Source: Armatimonadota bacterium
Lineage (GTDB): Bacteria > Armatimonadota > UBA5829 > DSUL01
DNA: 64,000 bases
Assembly (NCBI GenBank): GCA_039811685.1
Contig: JBDHZC010000004.1
Location: 1-64,000, forward strand
Reading direction: 5' to 3'
Positions 20,850 through 30,499 of this stretch are shown piece after piece; the first letter of the stretch is position 1; the number at the start of each line of letters is the position of its first letter. Both the position numbers and the translations under genes were made by a program. The notes below the pieces were generated by a model that saw only the letters and a list, made by a program, of their open reading frames with translations, was not told the DNA's origin and searched no databases.

Positions 20850-21683
20850 ATGCGTTACAAACTTGTTAGGTTCAGTTCACGTTGCCTGTGGCCTCTAGCG
20901 TTCATTCTTCTGTCTGGCTGTCTCGGATCGTCCCTTAGCGCCGAGCAGACGCTGGAGATGCAAATTCAGCCCTCCAGCCCTGTGGCGGGGAAATCTGAAG
21001 CCGCTCCCTCGCGTGGAGGATCGCCCAGCCGGTCTGTAGCTCTGTCGTCGCGGGCTATGGCGTCCCCCCGGGAGCAGGAGCGAGTGGCTATCGGAAAGGT
21101 CGGCTATGTCCAGCCTGAGTCGGCCAGCATCTACCGCACGCGCAACTCGAATACCCCTGCGTTGTTCAGTGTGCCAAAGGGAACGCCTCTGGCAGTGATC
21201 AATACGAGCGGATCGTGGTACGGTGTTCTGATGGTGGATGGAAGCACAGGGTGGGTTCCCTCCCGCGATCTTTCCATCGGTGAGCTTCGGGTGATGGCGC
21301 CGGCGAGTTCTTTGCCTGCTGCAGCAAATGACCTTGTGAGACAGGCGTATACCTACCGCGGTATTCCCTATGTCTGGGGTGGTACGAGCCGCAGCGGGAC
21401 AGACTGTAGCGGCTTCGTAAAGCAGGTGTGGGCGGATTTTGGGCGCGCGCTCCCCAGAACGGCTCGAGAGCAGGCTCTGGTTGGGACGCCAGTGGGACTC
21501 AGCCAACTGGAGCCGGGAGACAGGATTTACTTTGCGACAAAGGGCGGCGCTGTAGATCACACAGGCATCTATATTGGAAATGACATGTTCATCCATGCAA
21601 GCAGCGGGCATGGCATGGTGGAGATTGATCAGCTTTCCAGCTACCGATATCTGGACAGCGTCGTAGGGTGCAGGCGGGGCTGA
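20850..21683 (+). CDS. SH3b + NlpC/P60 (C40) cell-wall peptidase, possible lipoprotein
   Basis: Signal with LSGC; SH3b-like GSWYGV...TGWV; PYVWGG, GTDCSGFV, DHTGIY, FIHASS catalytic Cys/His/His; start 20841 or 20850. Confidence 0.92.
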   Translation: MRYKLVRFSSRCLWPLAFILLSGCLGSSLSAEQTLEMQIQPSSPVAGKSEAAPSRGGSPSRSVALSSRAMASPREQERVAIGKVGYVQPESASIYRTRNSNTPALFSVPKGTPLAVINTSGSWYGVLMVDGSTGWVPSRDLSIGELRVMAPASSLPAAANDLVRQAYTYRGIPYVWGGTSRSGTDCSGFVKQVWADFGRALPRTAREQALVGTPVGLSQLEPGDRIYFATKGGAVDHTGIYIGNDMFIHASSGHGMVEIDQLSSYRYLDSVVGCRRG

Positions 21684-21774
21684 AAGCCCGGGAATAGAGC
21701 TTCGACTGGCGCGGCCCAGCTCTGAGTGCTTTCGGAGCAGGGCCGCGCTGTCATGTGATTGGTGAGAGGGAGAG

Positions 21775-22842
21775 TTGGCTGAAAATCTGACCCGGGAGGT
21801 GAGATTCTCCCGCATAGCGATACTTGCGGAAAAAGCCTTCGACATCGAAAGCGGAAAGACTGCCGTCGGCTTGATCCGCTACGGCCGCTGCCGCACTGTC
21901 GCCATCATTGATAGCCGCACAGCGGGGAAGACAGCAGCCGATGTTATTGGAATCGGGCAGGATGTCCCGATTGTCGCCGCTCTTAAAGATGCCCTTCAAC
22001 ACTCTCCAGAGACGCTCGTCATCGGTATCGCTCCCCGCGGCGGCAGCTTACCAGAAGAGTGGCGTTCAATCATCCTGGAAGCGATTGCAGCGGGTCTGGA
22101 CGTTGTCAGCGGGCTACATACGTTTCTGAATGATGACCCAGAGATTAGTGCTGCAGCCAAGCGGCGCCGGGTTATCCTCTGGGACGCGCGCAGGCCGCCC
22201 CAGGACATACAGGTTGCGGAAGGAGTGGCGCCCCGGCTTGATCGCAATATCGTGTTGACTGTGGGCACGGACTGCTGCGTGGGCAAGATGTCTGTTTCTC
22301 TGGAGCTGACCACAAGCGCCAGATCACGCGGGCTCTCGGCGGATTTTGTCCCCACCGGACAGACTGGCATAATGCTGTGGGGCAGGGGGATCGCAATTGA
22401 CGCTGTCGTGGCGGACTTCATCGCGGGCGCAACCGAGCAGATGGTGCTGGATGCGGCAAAGCGAGCGCAGTGGGTATTCGTTGAAGGTCAGGGCTCCCTG
22501 TACCATCCTGGATATTCAGGCGTCACGATGGGCCTCATCCATGGCAGTGGTCCTTCCCAACTGGTTCTGTGCCACAAGGCCGACCGTCCGGAGATACGGT
22601 CTTACGGAGTCGTGATTCCTCCATTGTCGGAAGTCGTGGCTTATTACGAAGCTGTGTGCCGGCCGCTATTCCCCACGCGCGTTAGCGCCATAGCGCTGAA
22701 TACCCACGGTCTAACTCCAACTAAATGCGCGCGCGCAATTGCACAAGCCGAAGACACCACGGGACTTCCGGCGGATGACTGCGTGCGTAACGGCGCCGAC
22801 AAGTTGTTGTCCGCTCTTCTCGAAAACTCACCAGACAGATAG
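21775..22842 (+). CDS. DUF1611 family P-loop protein (DgcN-like N-acetyltransferase family)
   Basis: GKTAVGLIRY, GIAPRGG, SGLH, VGTDCCVGKM, TGQTGI, DFIAGA, VEGQGSL motifs. Confidence 0.88.
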   Translation: MAENLTREVRFSRIAILAEKAFDIESGKTAVGLIRYGRCRTVAIIDSRTAGKTAADVIGIGQDVPIVAALKDALQHSPETLVIGIAPRGGSLPEEWRSIILEAIAAGLDVVSGLHTFLNDDPEISAAAKRRRVILWDARRPPQDIQVAEGVAPRLDRNIVLTVGTDCCVGKMSVSLELTTSARSRGLSADFVPTGQTGIMLWGRGIAIDAVVADFIAGATEQMVLDAAKRAQWVFVEGQGSLYHPGYSGVTMGLIHGSGPSQLVLCHKADRPEIRSYGVVIPPLSEVVAYYEAVCRPLFPTRVSAIALNTHGLTPTKCARAIAQAEDTTGLPADDCVRNGADKLLSALLENSPDR

Positions 22843-23034
22843 TCTCCACAATCCCTCTCAGCGTATTTTCGGACAGTCGGGTAACATGTTATGCTTAGTG
22901 TCAGTGGATTGAACTCCCTCTGAGAAGCTTTCGTGTAGCTGCGTGGTGTCAGACGGGACAGCCTTGTCTGAACCTGTCGGATGGAATCAGCAAGCGTTTG
23001 ACGGATATGTCAGACTCTCTTCTTACGGGTCGGT

Positions 23035-25359
23035 GTGCGTGTGTCGACTCTTCGATGGAGGTGTGACACGGTGGACATTCTAACGCCGGGCGCGGCCTCG
23101 GACAGGCCGCAAGACGACCAGCCCGTCGTCTTGTCTCTCTCGCACCTGTCAGAATCTCTCAAGGCTTCCTCGCTTCCGGAAGCCTTCAGGGCTATCCTCG
23201 ACTTTACTATGGCTGCGCTGCAGGTGGACGCTGCCTGCATTGCCCTCCAGAGTCGCGACGGTGGGCCACTGGCGATTGTCGCTTCTGACGGAATGGATGC
23301 CGCTCTTATCGAACACTCTCCGGCGCCTGGTGAGGGACTGATGCGCGCTGCGATGTCAGAACAAGCGCCCATTTGCGTGGCGGATCTCAGCTTGGATACG
23401 CGAGACAGTCTCGGATCGCTCTTTTCGGCAGGATATCAGGCTGCTGTATTTACTCCGATCCTCACAGCAGATCGGTCTGTGGGCGCAGTAGGCGCTCTAC
23501 AGCGGCAGAAGCGGGACTTCACAATCCCCGAGATTGATATACTGCTTGAGCTGACCGGAGCAGTGGCAAGTGTGCTCAATGAAGGCGGTGGTAACTGGTT
23601 GATTCTGGAAGTACCCAGATCAGGACTCCCTGCCCGGGCGCGCGACAGGCAGGACCTTGGCGCAGTTGCTCGCCTGACAGATGCGATCATCGCCGCGACG
23701 ACAATGGATCAGCTTCTGGACGCCGCGTTGCAGCAGAGCATGGAGGCTGCGCAGGCAGCGACGGCGTCATTGATGCTTTACAACCCGCGGACACAGTTGC
23801 TCTCCGTTGAGGCTTCGCGCGGACTTTCGCCGGAGGTCCTGCAGAAGTGGGGGAGCCGGAGGCTGGGAGAGGGTTTGTCTGGCTGGGTGGCTCAGCACGA
23901 AAAGCCTCTGCTTCTCTCAGATGTCGCGGGCGACCCTCGCGCGGATCCCCGTTTTCGATCCGTTGATGAGCGCCAGGAGATATCCTCCGCTCTCATTGTA
24001 CCGCTCAGAACGGGGTCCCGGCTTATTGGCGTCCTGAACCTGGCAAGGGAAGCCGGAGAACAACCCTTCGATCAGCACGAGGCCGATCTGTTGGGCACAG
24101 TCGCGAGCCAGATTGCCATCGCTATCGAGCGAATGCGGCTGCACCAGGAGATTCAGAAACGCTCTCTTCAACTATCAACTCTCGTAGAAGTCGGTAAGAC
24201 GATCACGTCTATGCTGGACCTTGGGGTTGTCACTGAGCAGGTCTGTTTGCAGATGCGCACCCTCGCCAGGGCGGAGATGAGCTTTCTTTTCTTCTATGAC
24301 CCGATCAACGATCGCGTGCGCCTCGCGGGACAAAGTGGCAATCTGGGCCGGCAGGCCGCGAAACTCAAATCCCTGGCCGATGATCTGGCTCTGGCTTCGG
24401 CTCGCAGCAATCGCACAATCACTGCGCAGGCCGCTCAGGCGGCTGTGCCGCGGGCACTGGTAACGGAACTGGATGCGGGAGGTTGGACGGCGGTTCCTTT
24501 TCGGCATCGTGGCCACAGGATAGCTGTAGGAGTCGTTGCGCCCGCCCGCGGAAAGGCCTTTGATCCGGATGTCGGCGAGCTCCTGGAACAGTTCGGGTCT
24601 CTGGCGGCGGTGGCTGTTCAAAATGCGCGCATCTACAACCGCGAACACGCTATTGCCCGAGTCATGCAGGGCGCTGTCATAAGTACCAGCCCTCTGGCGA
24701 TGGAAGGTCTGGAAATTGCTCACCGCCTTGTCCCGCAGCACGAAGTTGGCGGAGACTATTACGACTTCATCACGCTTGGCGATGGGCGGCTGGGTGTGGT
24801 TATGGCCGACGTCTCTGGCTCAAGCCTGCGCGCAGCGACTTACACCACTCTCGGCAAACATGCCTTGCGCGCTTATGCGCGGGAATACGAGAGTCCCGCA
24901 GAAGTCCTCAGCAGGCTCAACCGCCTGGTCTGCGAAGAAGCTGCCGCGGAGATATTCATCAGCGTGTTCTACGGGCTTATCGATCTCAACAGGAGCGAGA
25001 TCACTTATGCGATGGCGGGACACGAACCTGCCCTTTTGAGGCGCGCATCGGACCGGCGTATCCGCAAGCTCCAGGCGCCGGGAATGTTGCTTGGCGTCTC
25101 CACTTCCATCGAGTTCGAGTCTCGCCGGCAGCCGTTTCATCCCGGTGACCTCCTGACGTTGTACACTGACGGGTTGACTGAAGCCCCCGTGAACAAACGC
25201 AGGTTTGGTCTTCATCGTCTGAAGGATCATCTGCATCTGCATGCCGACAAGCCGCTTCAGCAGATCGTGGACGCCGTTATCGCCAGCCGCATGCGCTTCT
25301 CCAACAATCGCAGTCTCGACGACATGGCTCTGGTCATCATCAGAGCCCCTGAAGCGTAG
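23035..25359 (+). CDS. Multi-GAF + SpoIIE/PP2C (RsbU-like) serine phosphatase
   Basis: Three GAF-like repeats (GEGL...; PL...IGVL; AVQNARIY); PP2C motifs EVGGDYYD, ADVSG, AGH, YTDGLTEA, DDMAL; start uncertain. Confidence 0.9.
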   Translation: MRVSTLRWRCDTVDILTPGAASDRPQDDQPVVLSLSHLSESLKASSLPEAFRAILDFTMAALQVDAACIALQSRDGGPLAIVASDGMDAALIEHSPAPGEGLMRAAMSEQAPICVADLSLDTRDSLGSLFSAGYQAAVFTPILTADRSVGAVGALQRQKRDFTIPEIDILLELTGAVASVLNEGGGNWLILEVPRSGLPARARDRQDLGAVARLTDAIIAATTMDQLLDAALQQSMEAAQAATASLMLYNPRTQLLSVEASRGLSPEVLQKWGSRRLGEGLSGWVAQHEKPLLLSDVAGDPRADPRFRSVDERQEISSALIVPLRTGSRLIGVLNLAREAGEQPFDQHEADLLGTVASQIAIAIERMRLHQEIQKRSLQLSTLVEVGKTITSMLDLGVVTEQVCLQMRTLARAEMSFLFFYDPINDRVRLAGQSGNLGRQAAKLKSLADDLALASARSNRTITAQAAQAAVPRALVTELDAGGWTAVPFRHRGHRIAVGVVAPARGKAFDPDVGELLEQFGSLAAVAVQNARIYNREHAIARVMQGAVISTSPLAMEGLEIAHRLVPQHEVGGDYYDFITLGDGRLGVVMADVSGSSLRAATYTTLGKHALRAYAREYESPAEVLSRLNRLVCEEAAAEIFISVFYGLIDLNRSEITYAMAGHEPALLRRASDRRIRKLQAPGMLLGVSTSIEFESRRQPFHPGDLLTLYTDGLTEAPVNKRRFGLHRLKDHLHLHADKPLQQIVDAVIASRMRFSNNRSLDDMALVIIRAPEA

Positions 25360-25443
25360 CACCCGTAATCCCACAGAAGGCTATCCTCAGAGGGGCAGAA
25401 TCACCTTGTGTCTCACAGCAACAGAGACGCCGCCAGGCGCTCG

Positions 25444-26832
25444 CTAGCTTTCCCAAACTTTCAGCGCAGCGCGGGCAGCTTCAATCTGCTTGTGAACCGC
25501 TTCTGGAGAAGGCCCGCCAGTCAGAGTCCGTGACTGCACACTGGCCTGCGTGTTCAACACTCCGGCGCTGTCTGATTTCAACAACGGATGTGCGTCGACA
25601 AGCTCGTCAGTTGTGAGTTCGTCCAGCCTGCGTCCTTCGTCCAGACACCTCGCGACCAGCTTGCCCACCACTTCGTGTGCCTGTCTGAACGCAAGCCCCT
25701 GCCGCACGAGATACTCGGCCAGGTCTGTCGCAGTCGCAAAACCGTCGTCAGCAGCGCGGCGCATGGCCGCGGTATTGAACGTGCTGGTCTCCAACATCCT
25801 CTGCATGGCTTCCAGACATGCCAGTGTCGAGTCAACGGCGTCAAACAGCGGTGGTTTGTCCTCCTGAAGATCGCGCATATAGCTCAGTGGGAGAGCTTTC
25901 AGCAGCGACAAAAGCGCCACCAGATCTCCCTGTACTCGTCCAAACTTTCCCCTCGTCAACTCTGCGACGTCGGGGTTCTTCTTCTGCGGCATTATTGATG
26001 AGCCAGTTGCCACGGAATCATCCAGTGTCAAAAAGCCAAATTCAGCCGTTGACCACAACACCGCCTCCTCCGCCATCCGTGACAGATGCGTCATTGTCAG
26101 TGAGCAGGAAAAGACTAACTCGGCCACAAAATCCCGATCACTTACTGCATCCATTGAGTTGACAATGGGGCCGTCGAATCCGAGCGTTCTGGCGGTCATC
26201 TCCCGATCGTTTGGCAGAGACGTTCCGGCCATAGCCGCAGCGCCAAGCGGACTGTAGTTGGCCCGGCGCTTCCAGTCTGCCAGTCGCGAGCGATCCCGGT
26301 GAAACATCCAGAAATACGCAAGCAGATGATGTGCCAGTGTGACAGGTTGAGCGCGCTGGAGATGTGTGTAACCTGGCAGCAGTGTTTCCGCATGTTTCTG
26401 CGCCAGCCCCAACAGCACTGTCTGTAGGCTGCCCAGACGTGTATCTAACAACCCTGCGGTATCGCGGCACCACAGACGCAGATCCAGCGCCACCTGATCG
26501 TTGCGGCTGCGCCCTGTGTGGAGTTTTCCGGCAGACTCGCCGATCTTCTCCGTCAGACGCCGCTCTATCAGCATGTGGATGTCTTCGCAAGCGGGGTCAA
26601 GAATGACTTCGCCTCGACTGAACTCCTCCGCCAGCTCTCGCAGCCCGCCCGCAATAGCTTCGTGCTCAGCGTCTGTGAGAATTCCACACGTCTGCAGCAT
26701 CTGCGCATGTGCCAGACTGCCCTCGATATCTGCCTGCGCCAGGCGTGCGTCCACGTCAATGGACGCGCTGAAGCGCTCGACGATCGGATCAGTCTGCTTC
26801 TTGAATCTTCCGTCCCAGGCCTTCCTGGTCAT
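25444..26832 (-). CDS. argH: Argininosuccinate lyase
   Basis: WDGRF, EDIH, LHTGRSRNDQ, PGYTHLQRAQP, GSSIMPQKKNPD; ATG at 26832 after GGAG. Confidence 0.98.
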   Translation of the reverse strand: MTRKAWDGRFKKQTDPIVERFSASIDVDARLAQADIEGSLAHAQMLQTCGILTDAEHEAIAGGLRELAEEFSRGEVILDPACEDIHMLIERRLTEKIGESAGKLHTGRSRNDQVALDLRLWCRDTAGLLDTRLGSLQTVLLGLAQKHAETLLPGYTHLQRAQPVTLAHHLLAYFWMFHRDRSRLADWKRRANYSPLGAAAMAGTSLPNDREMTARTLGFDGPIVNSMDAVSDRDFVAELVFSCSLTMTHLSRMAEEAVLWSTAEFGFLTLDDSVATGSSIMPQKKNPDVAELTRGKFGRVQGDLVALLSLLKALPLSYMRDLQEDKPPLFDAVDSTLACLEAMQRMLETSTFNTAAMRRAADDGFATATDLAEYLVRQGLAFRQAHEVVGKLVARCLDEGRRLDELTTDELVDAHPLLKSDSAGVLNTQASVQSRTLTGGPSPEAVHKQIEAARAALKVWES

Positions 26833-26845
26833 TTCTCCGCCTGTT

Positions 26846-27028
26846 TCATCTCTCGTCGCTCTCAAAATGCCGAAGCACCGCGCGGATAATCAGGGTGCTC
26901 ATCAGCGCTCCCACCACGACAAAAAAGGCGCCGAGAGTATGGCGGCTCTGCAAATAGGCCCACACTCCGGCGCCAGCTCCAATCAAAAAGGGCAGGGCAA
27001 GCACAAAACAAAAGCAACTGCCCGCCAC
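26846..27028 (-). CDS. Small two-TM membrane protein of unknown function
   Basis: 60-aa ORF filling the argG-argH gap; two hydrophobic stretches. Confidence 0.55.
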   Translation of the reverse strand: MAGSCFCFVLALPFLIGAGAGVWAYLQSRHTLGAFFVVVGALMSTLIIRAVLRHFESDER

Positions 27029-27038
27029 AGTCTAAGCC

Positions 27039-28232
27039 CTAGCTCTGTGAGCGCCGGACCGCGTGATACATCCGGGCCTGCATCCCGTGCACCTTTACCA
27101 TCCCTGTCATTTCGCTCTGATCAAACGTCTTCGAATCAAACGATGCAAGGTCTTCACTGTACAACGCATAAGGACTGCGCCGGCCGCTGACTGTCGCATT
27201 GCCCTTGTACAGGTGAAGGATGACCTCTCCGGTCACTCTCTCGTTAACCCTGTCGATGAATGCCTCCAGATCCTCCTTGAGAGGGTCGTACCAGAGACCC
27301 TCATAGGCCAGATCGGCCCACGTTTGATCAACCGTGTTCTTGAAGGCGATCTCTTTTCGCGTTGACACCAGCGCTTCAAGCGCTTTGTGAGCCTCGATCA
27401 GAATCACTGCGGCCGGGCACTCATAGTTCTCACGCACTTTTAACCCCAGCATCCGGTCTTCCATGACGTCCACCCGGCCGATGCCATTTTCCCCCGCCAT
27501 CTTGTGGATGCACCGGATCAGCTCCGCCGGTCCCATTTTGTGCCCATCCACACTGACTGGAATACCCGACTGAAACCCGATGGTGACTTCTGTGACCTGG
27601 TCCGGAGCATCCTCCGGACTCACTGTCCACTGGAATATCTCCTCTGGTGGAGAGTAGTCCGGCTCCTCCAGACGCCCACCTTCAATAGATCTGCCCCAGA
27701 GGTTCTCGTCAATGCTCCATATCTTGTCCACCGACTGCGAGATAGGTACGCCTTTGGCCTTGGCGTACTCGATCTCTTCTGTGCGCGTCAGGTTGCGCTC
27801 GCGCATGGGCGCCAGAATATCCAGCTCCGGCGCAAGCGTCCTCATCACAAACTCGATGCGAAACTGGTCGTTTCCCTTGCCCGTGCAGCCGTGGCAAAAA
27901 GCGTCTCCTCCCACCTTCTTTGCCACCTCGACAGCCTTCTCAGCAATAAGAGGCCGCGCGATGGAAGTGCTCAGCGGATAGCCCTGGTAGTCGCCGTTGG
28001 CCTTTACTGCCCGAAAACAGTATTCACGCGCAAACTCTTCTTTGGCGTCAACTGTGTAGTGCTCTGTGCCAAGAGCTTTGGCTTTGTCTTCAGCCACCTT
28101 AATATCCTCGGCAGGCTGGCCGACATCAACAGTCACCGTCACGACCCGATCAAACCCGTAGTCTTCCCGCATCATCGGGATTGCGACGGACGTGTCCAGC
28201 CCTCCGGAATAGACAAGCACGACAGTTTTCAT
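27039..28232 (-). CDS. argG: Argininosuccinate synthase
   Basis: YSGGLDTS, HGCTGKGNDQ, SIDENLWGRSIE; start MKTVVL at 28232 after GGAG. Confidence 0.98.
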   Translation of the reverse strand: MKTVVLVYSGGLDTSVAIPMMREDYGFDRVVTVTVDVGQPAEDIKVAEDKAKALGTEHYTVDAKEEFAREYCFRAVKANGDYQGYPLSTSIARPLIAEKAVEVAKKVGGDAFCHGCTGKGNDQFRIEFVMRTLAPELDILAPMRERNLTRTEEIEYAKAKGVPISQSVDKIWSIDENLWGRSIEGGRLEEPDYSPPEEIFQWTVSPEDAPDQVTEVTIGFQSGIPVSVDGHKMGPAELIRCIHKMAGENGIGRVDVMEDRMLGLKVRENYECPAAVILIEAHKALEALVSTRKEIAFKNTVDQTWADLAYEGLWYDPLKEDLEAFIDRVNERVTGEVILHLYKGNATVSGRRSPYALYSEDLASFDSKTFDQSEMTGMVKVHGMQARMYHAVRRSQS

Positions 28233-28276
28233 AGACTCTCCAGTTGGTAGTTGATAAACGTCAGATAAAGACTTGC

Positions 28277-29257
28277 TCAGAGCGTCAACGCCAGCCACGC
28301 TTTCTGCGCATGAAGGCGATTCTCTGACTGTTGCAGGATAGCGGACTGCGGCCCGTCCAGTACTTCGGCGGCAATTTCTTCGCCTCTGTGAGCCGGCAGG
28401 CAGTGCAAAACAATGGCTGTAGATTTGGCTCTTGACATCAACTCGGCGTTCACCTGAAATCCGGCAAAAGCCTTTGCCCGGCGCTCTGTCTCCGCCTCCT
28501 GCCCCATGCTGGTCCACACATCCGTATAGACTGCGTCAGCCCCGATCGCGGCTTTTCCGGGGTCATTGACGATCTCGATGTTCGATGCCTGCGCGGCGGC
28601 TTCGTGACGGGCTAAGCTCAGCAGCTCAGAGTCGGGTTCGTATCCAGAAGGACATGCCAGCGTCATAGCCATTCCGAGCTTGGCGCATATCAGCATCAGG
28701 CTGTTGGCGACGTTGTTGCCATCGCCGATGTAGGCGAGCTTCAGACCGCCGAAGTCCGGATTCTCGCTATCGCAAAACCGTTCCGCAACTGTCTGGAGGT
28801 CTGCCAGCGCCTGGCATGGATGCTCCAGATCGGAGAGCGCGTTGACTACGGGAACAGACCCGTACTCCGCAAGGTCAGTAACGGTCCTGTGCGCAAATGT
28901 TCGCGCCACAATGCCGTCCACCCAGCCCGACAGATTAGCTGCAACGTCCGGGACTGTTTCCCGTTTGCCTAACTGGATATCCGCCGGAGCCAGATAAACC
29001 GCCGAGCCGCCTAACTCCGTAATCGCAACCTCAAAAGTGACTCGCGTGCGCAGTGACGGCTTCTCAAAAACTAGAGCCAGCGTCTTGCCCAACATCGGGC
29101 GAATATGCACTCGCTGGTGCTGCCGGTTGGCCTTCAGCCTAAGAGCATGCTTCAGGACCTGAACGATTTCTTCGCGTGTCAGATCGGTAATTCCGGTCAG
29201 GTTTCGCCCCCGTAGATTACCGGCGCTCAGCACCTCATCTTCTGTCGTCATAAGCAT
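28277..29257 (-). CDS. argF: Ornithine carbamoyltransferase
   Basis: FEKPSLRTR, HPCQALAD, GDGNN, WTSMG, HCLP. Confidence 0.97.
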   Translation of the reverse strand: MLMTTEDEVLSAGNLRGRNLTGITDLTREEIVQVLKHALRLKANRQHQRVHIRPMLGKTLALVFEKPSLRTRVTFEVAITELGGSAVYLAPADIQLGKRETVPDVAANLSGWVDGIVARTFAHRTVTDLAEYGSVPVVNALSDLEHPCQALADLQTVAERFCDSENPDFGGLKLAYIGDGNNVANSLMLICAKLGMAMTLACPSGYEPDSELLSLARHEAAAQASNIEIVNDPGKAAIGADAVYTDVWTSMGQEAETERRAKAFAGFQVNAELMSRAKSTAIVLHCLPAHRGEEIAAEVLDGPQSAILQQSENRLHAQKAWLALTL

Positions 29258-30463
29258 CTAGGCCACACTCTCCAGAGCGCAGTTCAGCTTCTGCAATGCC
29301 TCTGTAACGTGCTCCTGTGTGATAATCAGTGGCGGAAGGAACCGCAGGACGTCGGCGCCAATCGCATTGATAATCAGTCCATCTTCCAACGCCAGTCCTG
29401 CAACATCTTTTGCAACGGGCTTCGCCAGGACCATGGCCAGCATCAGACCGCGCCCCCTGACTTCAAGGTGTCCGAATTTCGATCGGAGCGCCTCCAACCC
29501 CTCTCTAAATGTCGCGCCCATTCGCCGGGCATTACCGGGCAAATCTTCGTTTTCTATTACCCGTAGCGCCGCAGCGGCTGCACTGCACGCCAGCGGGCCG
29601 CCACCATAGGTCGTGCCGTGGTCTCCGGGCTGCAGTATCTCAGCCGCTTCTCCGCGAGCAGCGCATGCGCCGATTGGCACGCCCCCACCCATCGCCTTGG
29701 CAATGCTTATGATGTCCGGAATCACTCCGTACCCCTGATAGGCAAAGTAGTCGCCTGTGCGGCCGCATCCCGTCTGAATCTCGTCAAACACCAGCAACGC
29801 TGCGTGCTCATCAGCCGCCTGGCGCGCGCTTTGGAGAAACTCTACGCTTGCCGGACGAACGCCCATCTCTCCCTGAATCGGTTCCAGAAAAATCCCGCAC
29901 GCGCGATCGTCCACTGCGTCCCACAGGGCTTGCGGATCGTTCCACGGGACTATTCTCACGTCCGGAACAAGCGGAGCAAAAGGCGTCTGATACTTCTCCT
30001 GAGCGGTCAGCGACAGAGCCCCGTAGCTCCGGCCGTGAAATGACCCTTCTGCTACTATCAGCACGGTCTTGTCCGGACGCATTGCCCGGCCACGTTTGCG
30101 GCAAATCTTGATGGCGGCCTCATTTGCCTCTGTCCCGCTGTTGCAGAGGAAGACCTTGTCCATTCCTGCTTGTCGGCACAGTATCTCCGCTACTTCGGCC
30201 TGCTGCGCAATGTAGTACAGATTGCTGGTGTGAATGAGGCGCGCCGCCTGCTTCTGGATTGCCTCCACCACCGCCGGGTGGCAGTGCCCAACGCCATTGA
30301 CGCCAATGCCAACGAGAAAATCCAGATACCTGCGACCCTCAGAGTCCCACAGATAAGCGCCTTCGCCGCGCTCAAACTCAACCCGAGCGCGTCCGTAAGT
30401 CGTCATAACGTGTTGCTGGTAAAGTTCAATTGTGTGGTCAAGCTCGGTCTGAGTTGTGTTCAT
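29258..30463 (-). CDS. argD: Acetylornithine aminotransferase
   Basis: HTSNLY, NSGTEANEAA, SFHGR, EPIQGE, DEIQTG, AKAMGGG, HGTTYGG. Confidence 0.96.
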   Translation of the reverse strand: MNTTQTELDHTIELYQQHVMTTYGRARVEFERGEGAYLWDSEGRRYLDFLVGIGVNGVGHCHPAVVEAIQKQAARLIHTSNLYYIAQQAEVAEILCRQAGMDKVFLCNSGTEANEAAIKICRKRGRAMRPDKTVLIVAEGSFHGRSYGALSLTAQEKYQTPFAPLVPDVRIVPWNDPQALWDAVDDRACGIFLEPIQGEMGVRPASVEFLQSARQAADEHAALLVFDEIQTGCGRTGDYFAYQGYGVIPDIISIAKAMGGGVPIGACAARGEAAEILQPGDHGTTYGGGPLACSAAAAALRVIENEDLPGNARRMGATFREGLEALRSKFGHLEVRGRGLMLAMVLAKPVAKDVAGLALEDGLIINAIGADVLRFLPPLIITQEHVTEALQKLNCALESVA

Positions 30464-30499
30464 CACCGTCGTCTATTCTTTCAGGCTTTCGCTGGCGTG

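Noticed and set aside
28233..28517. N-terminal extension of the argG ORF in the track
   Set aside because: Overlaps argF; the conserved ArgG N-terminus and RBS place the start at 28232.
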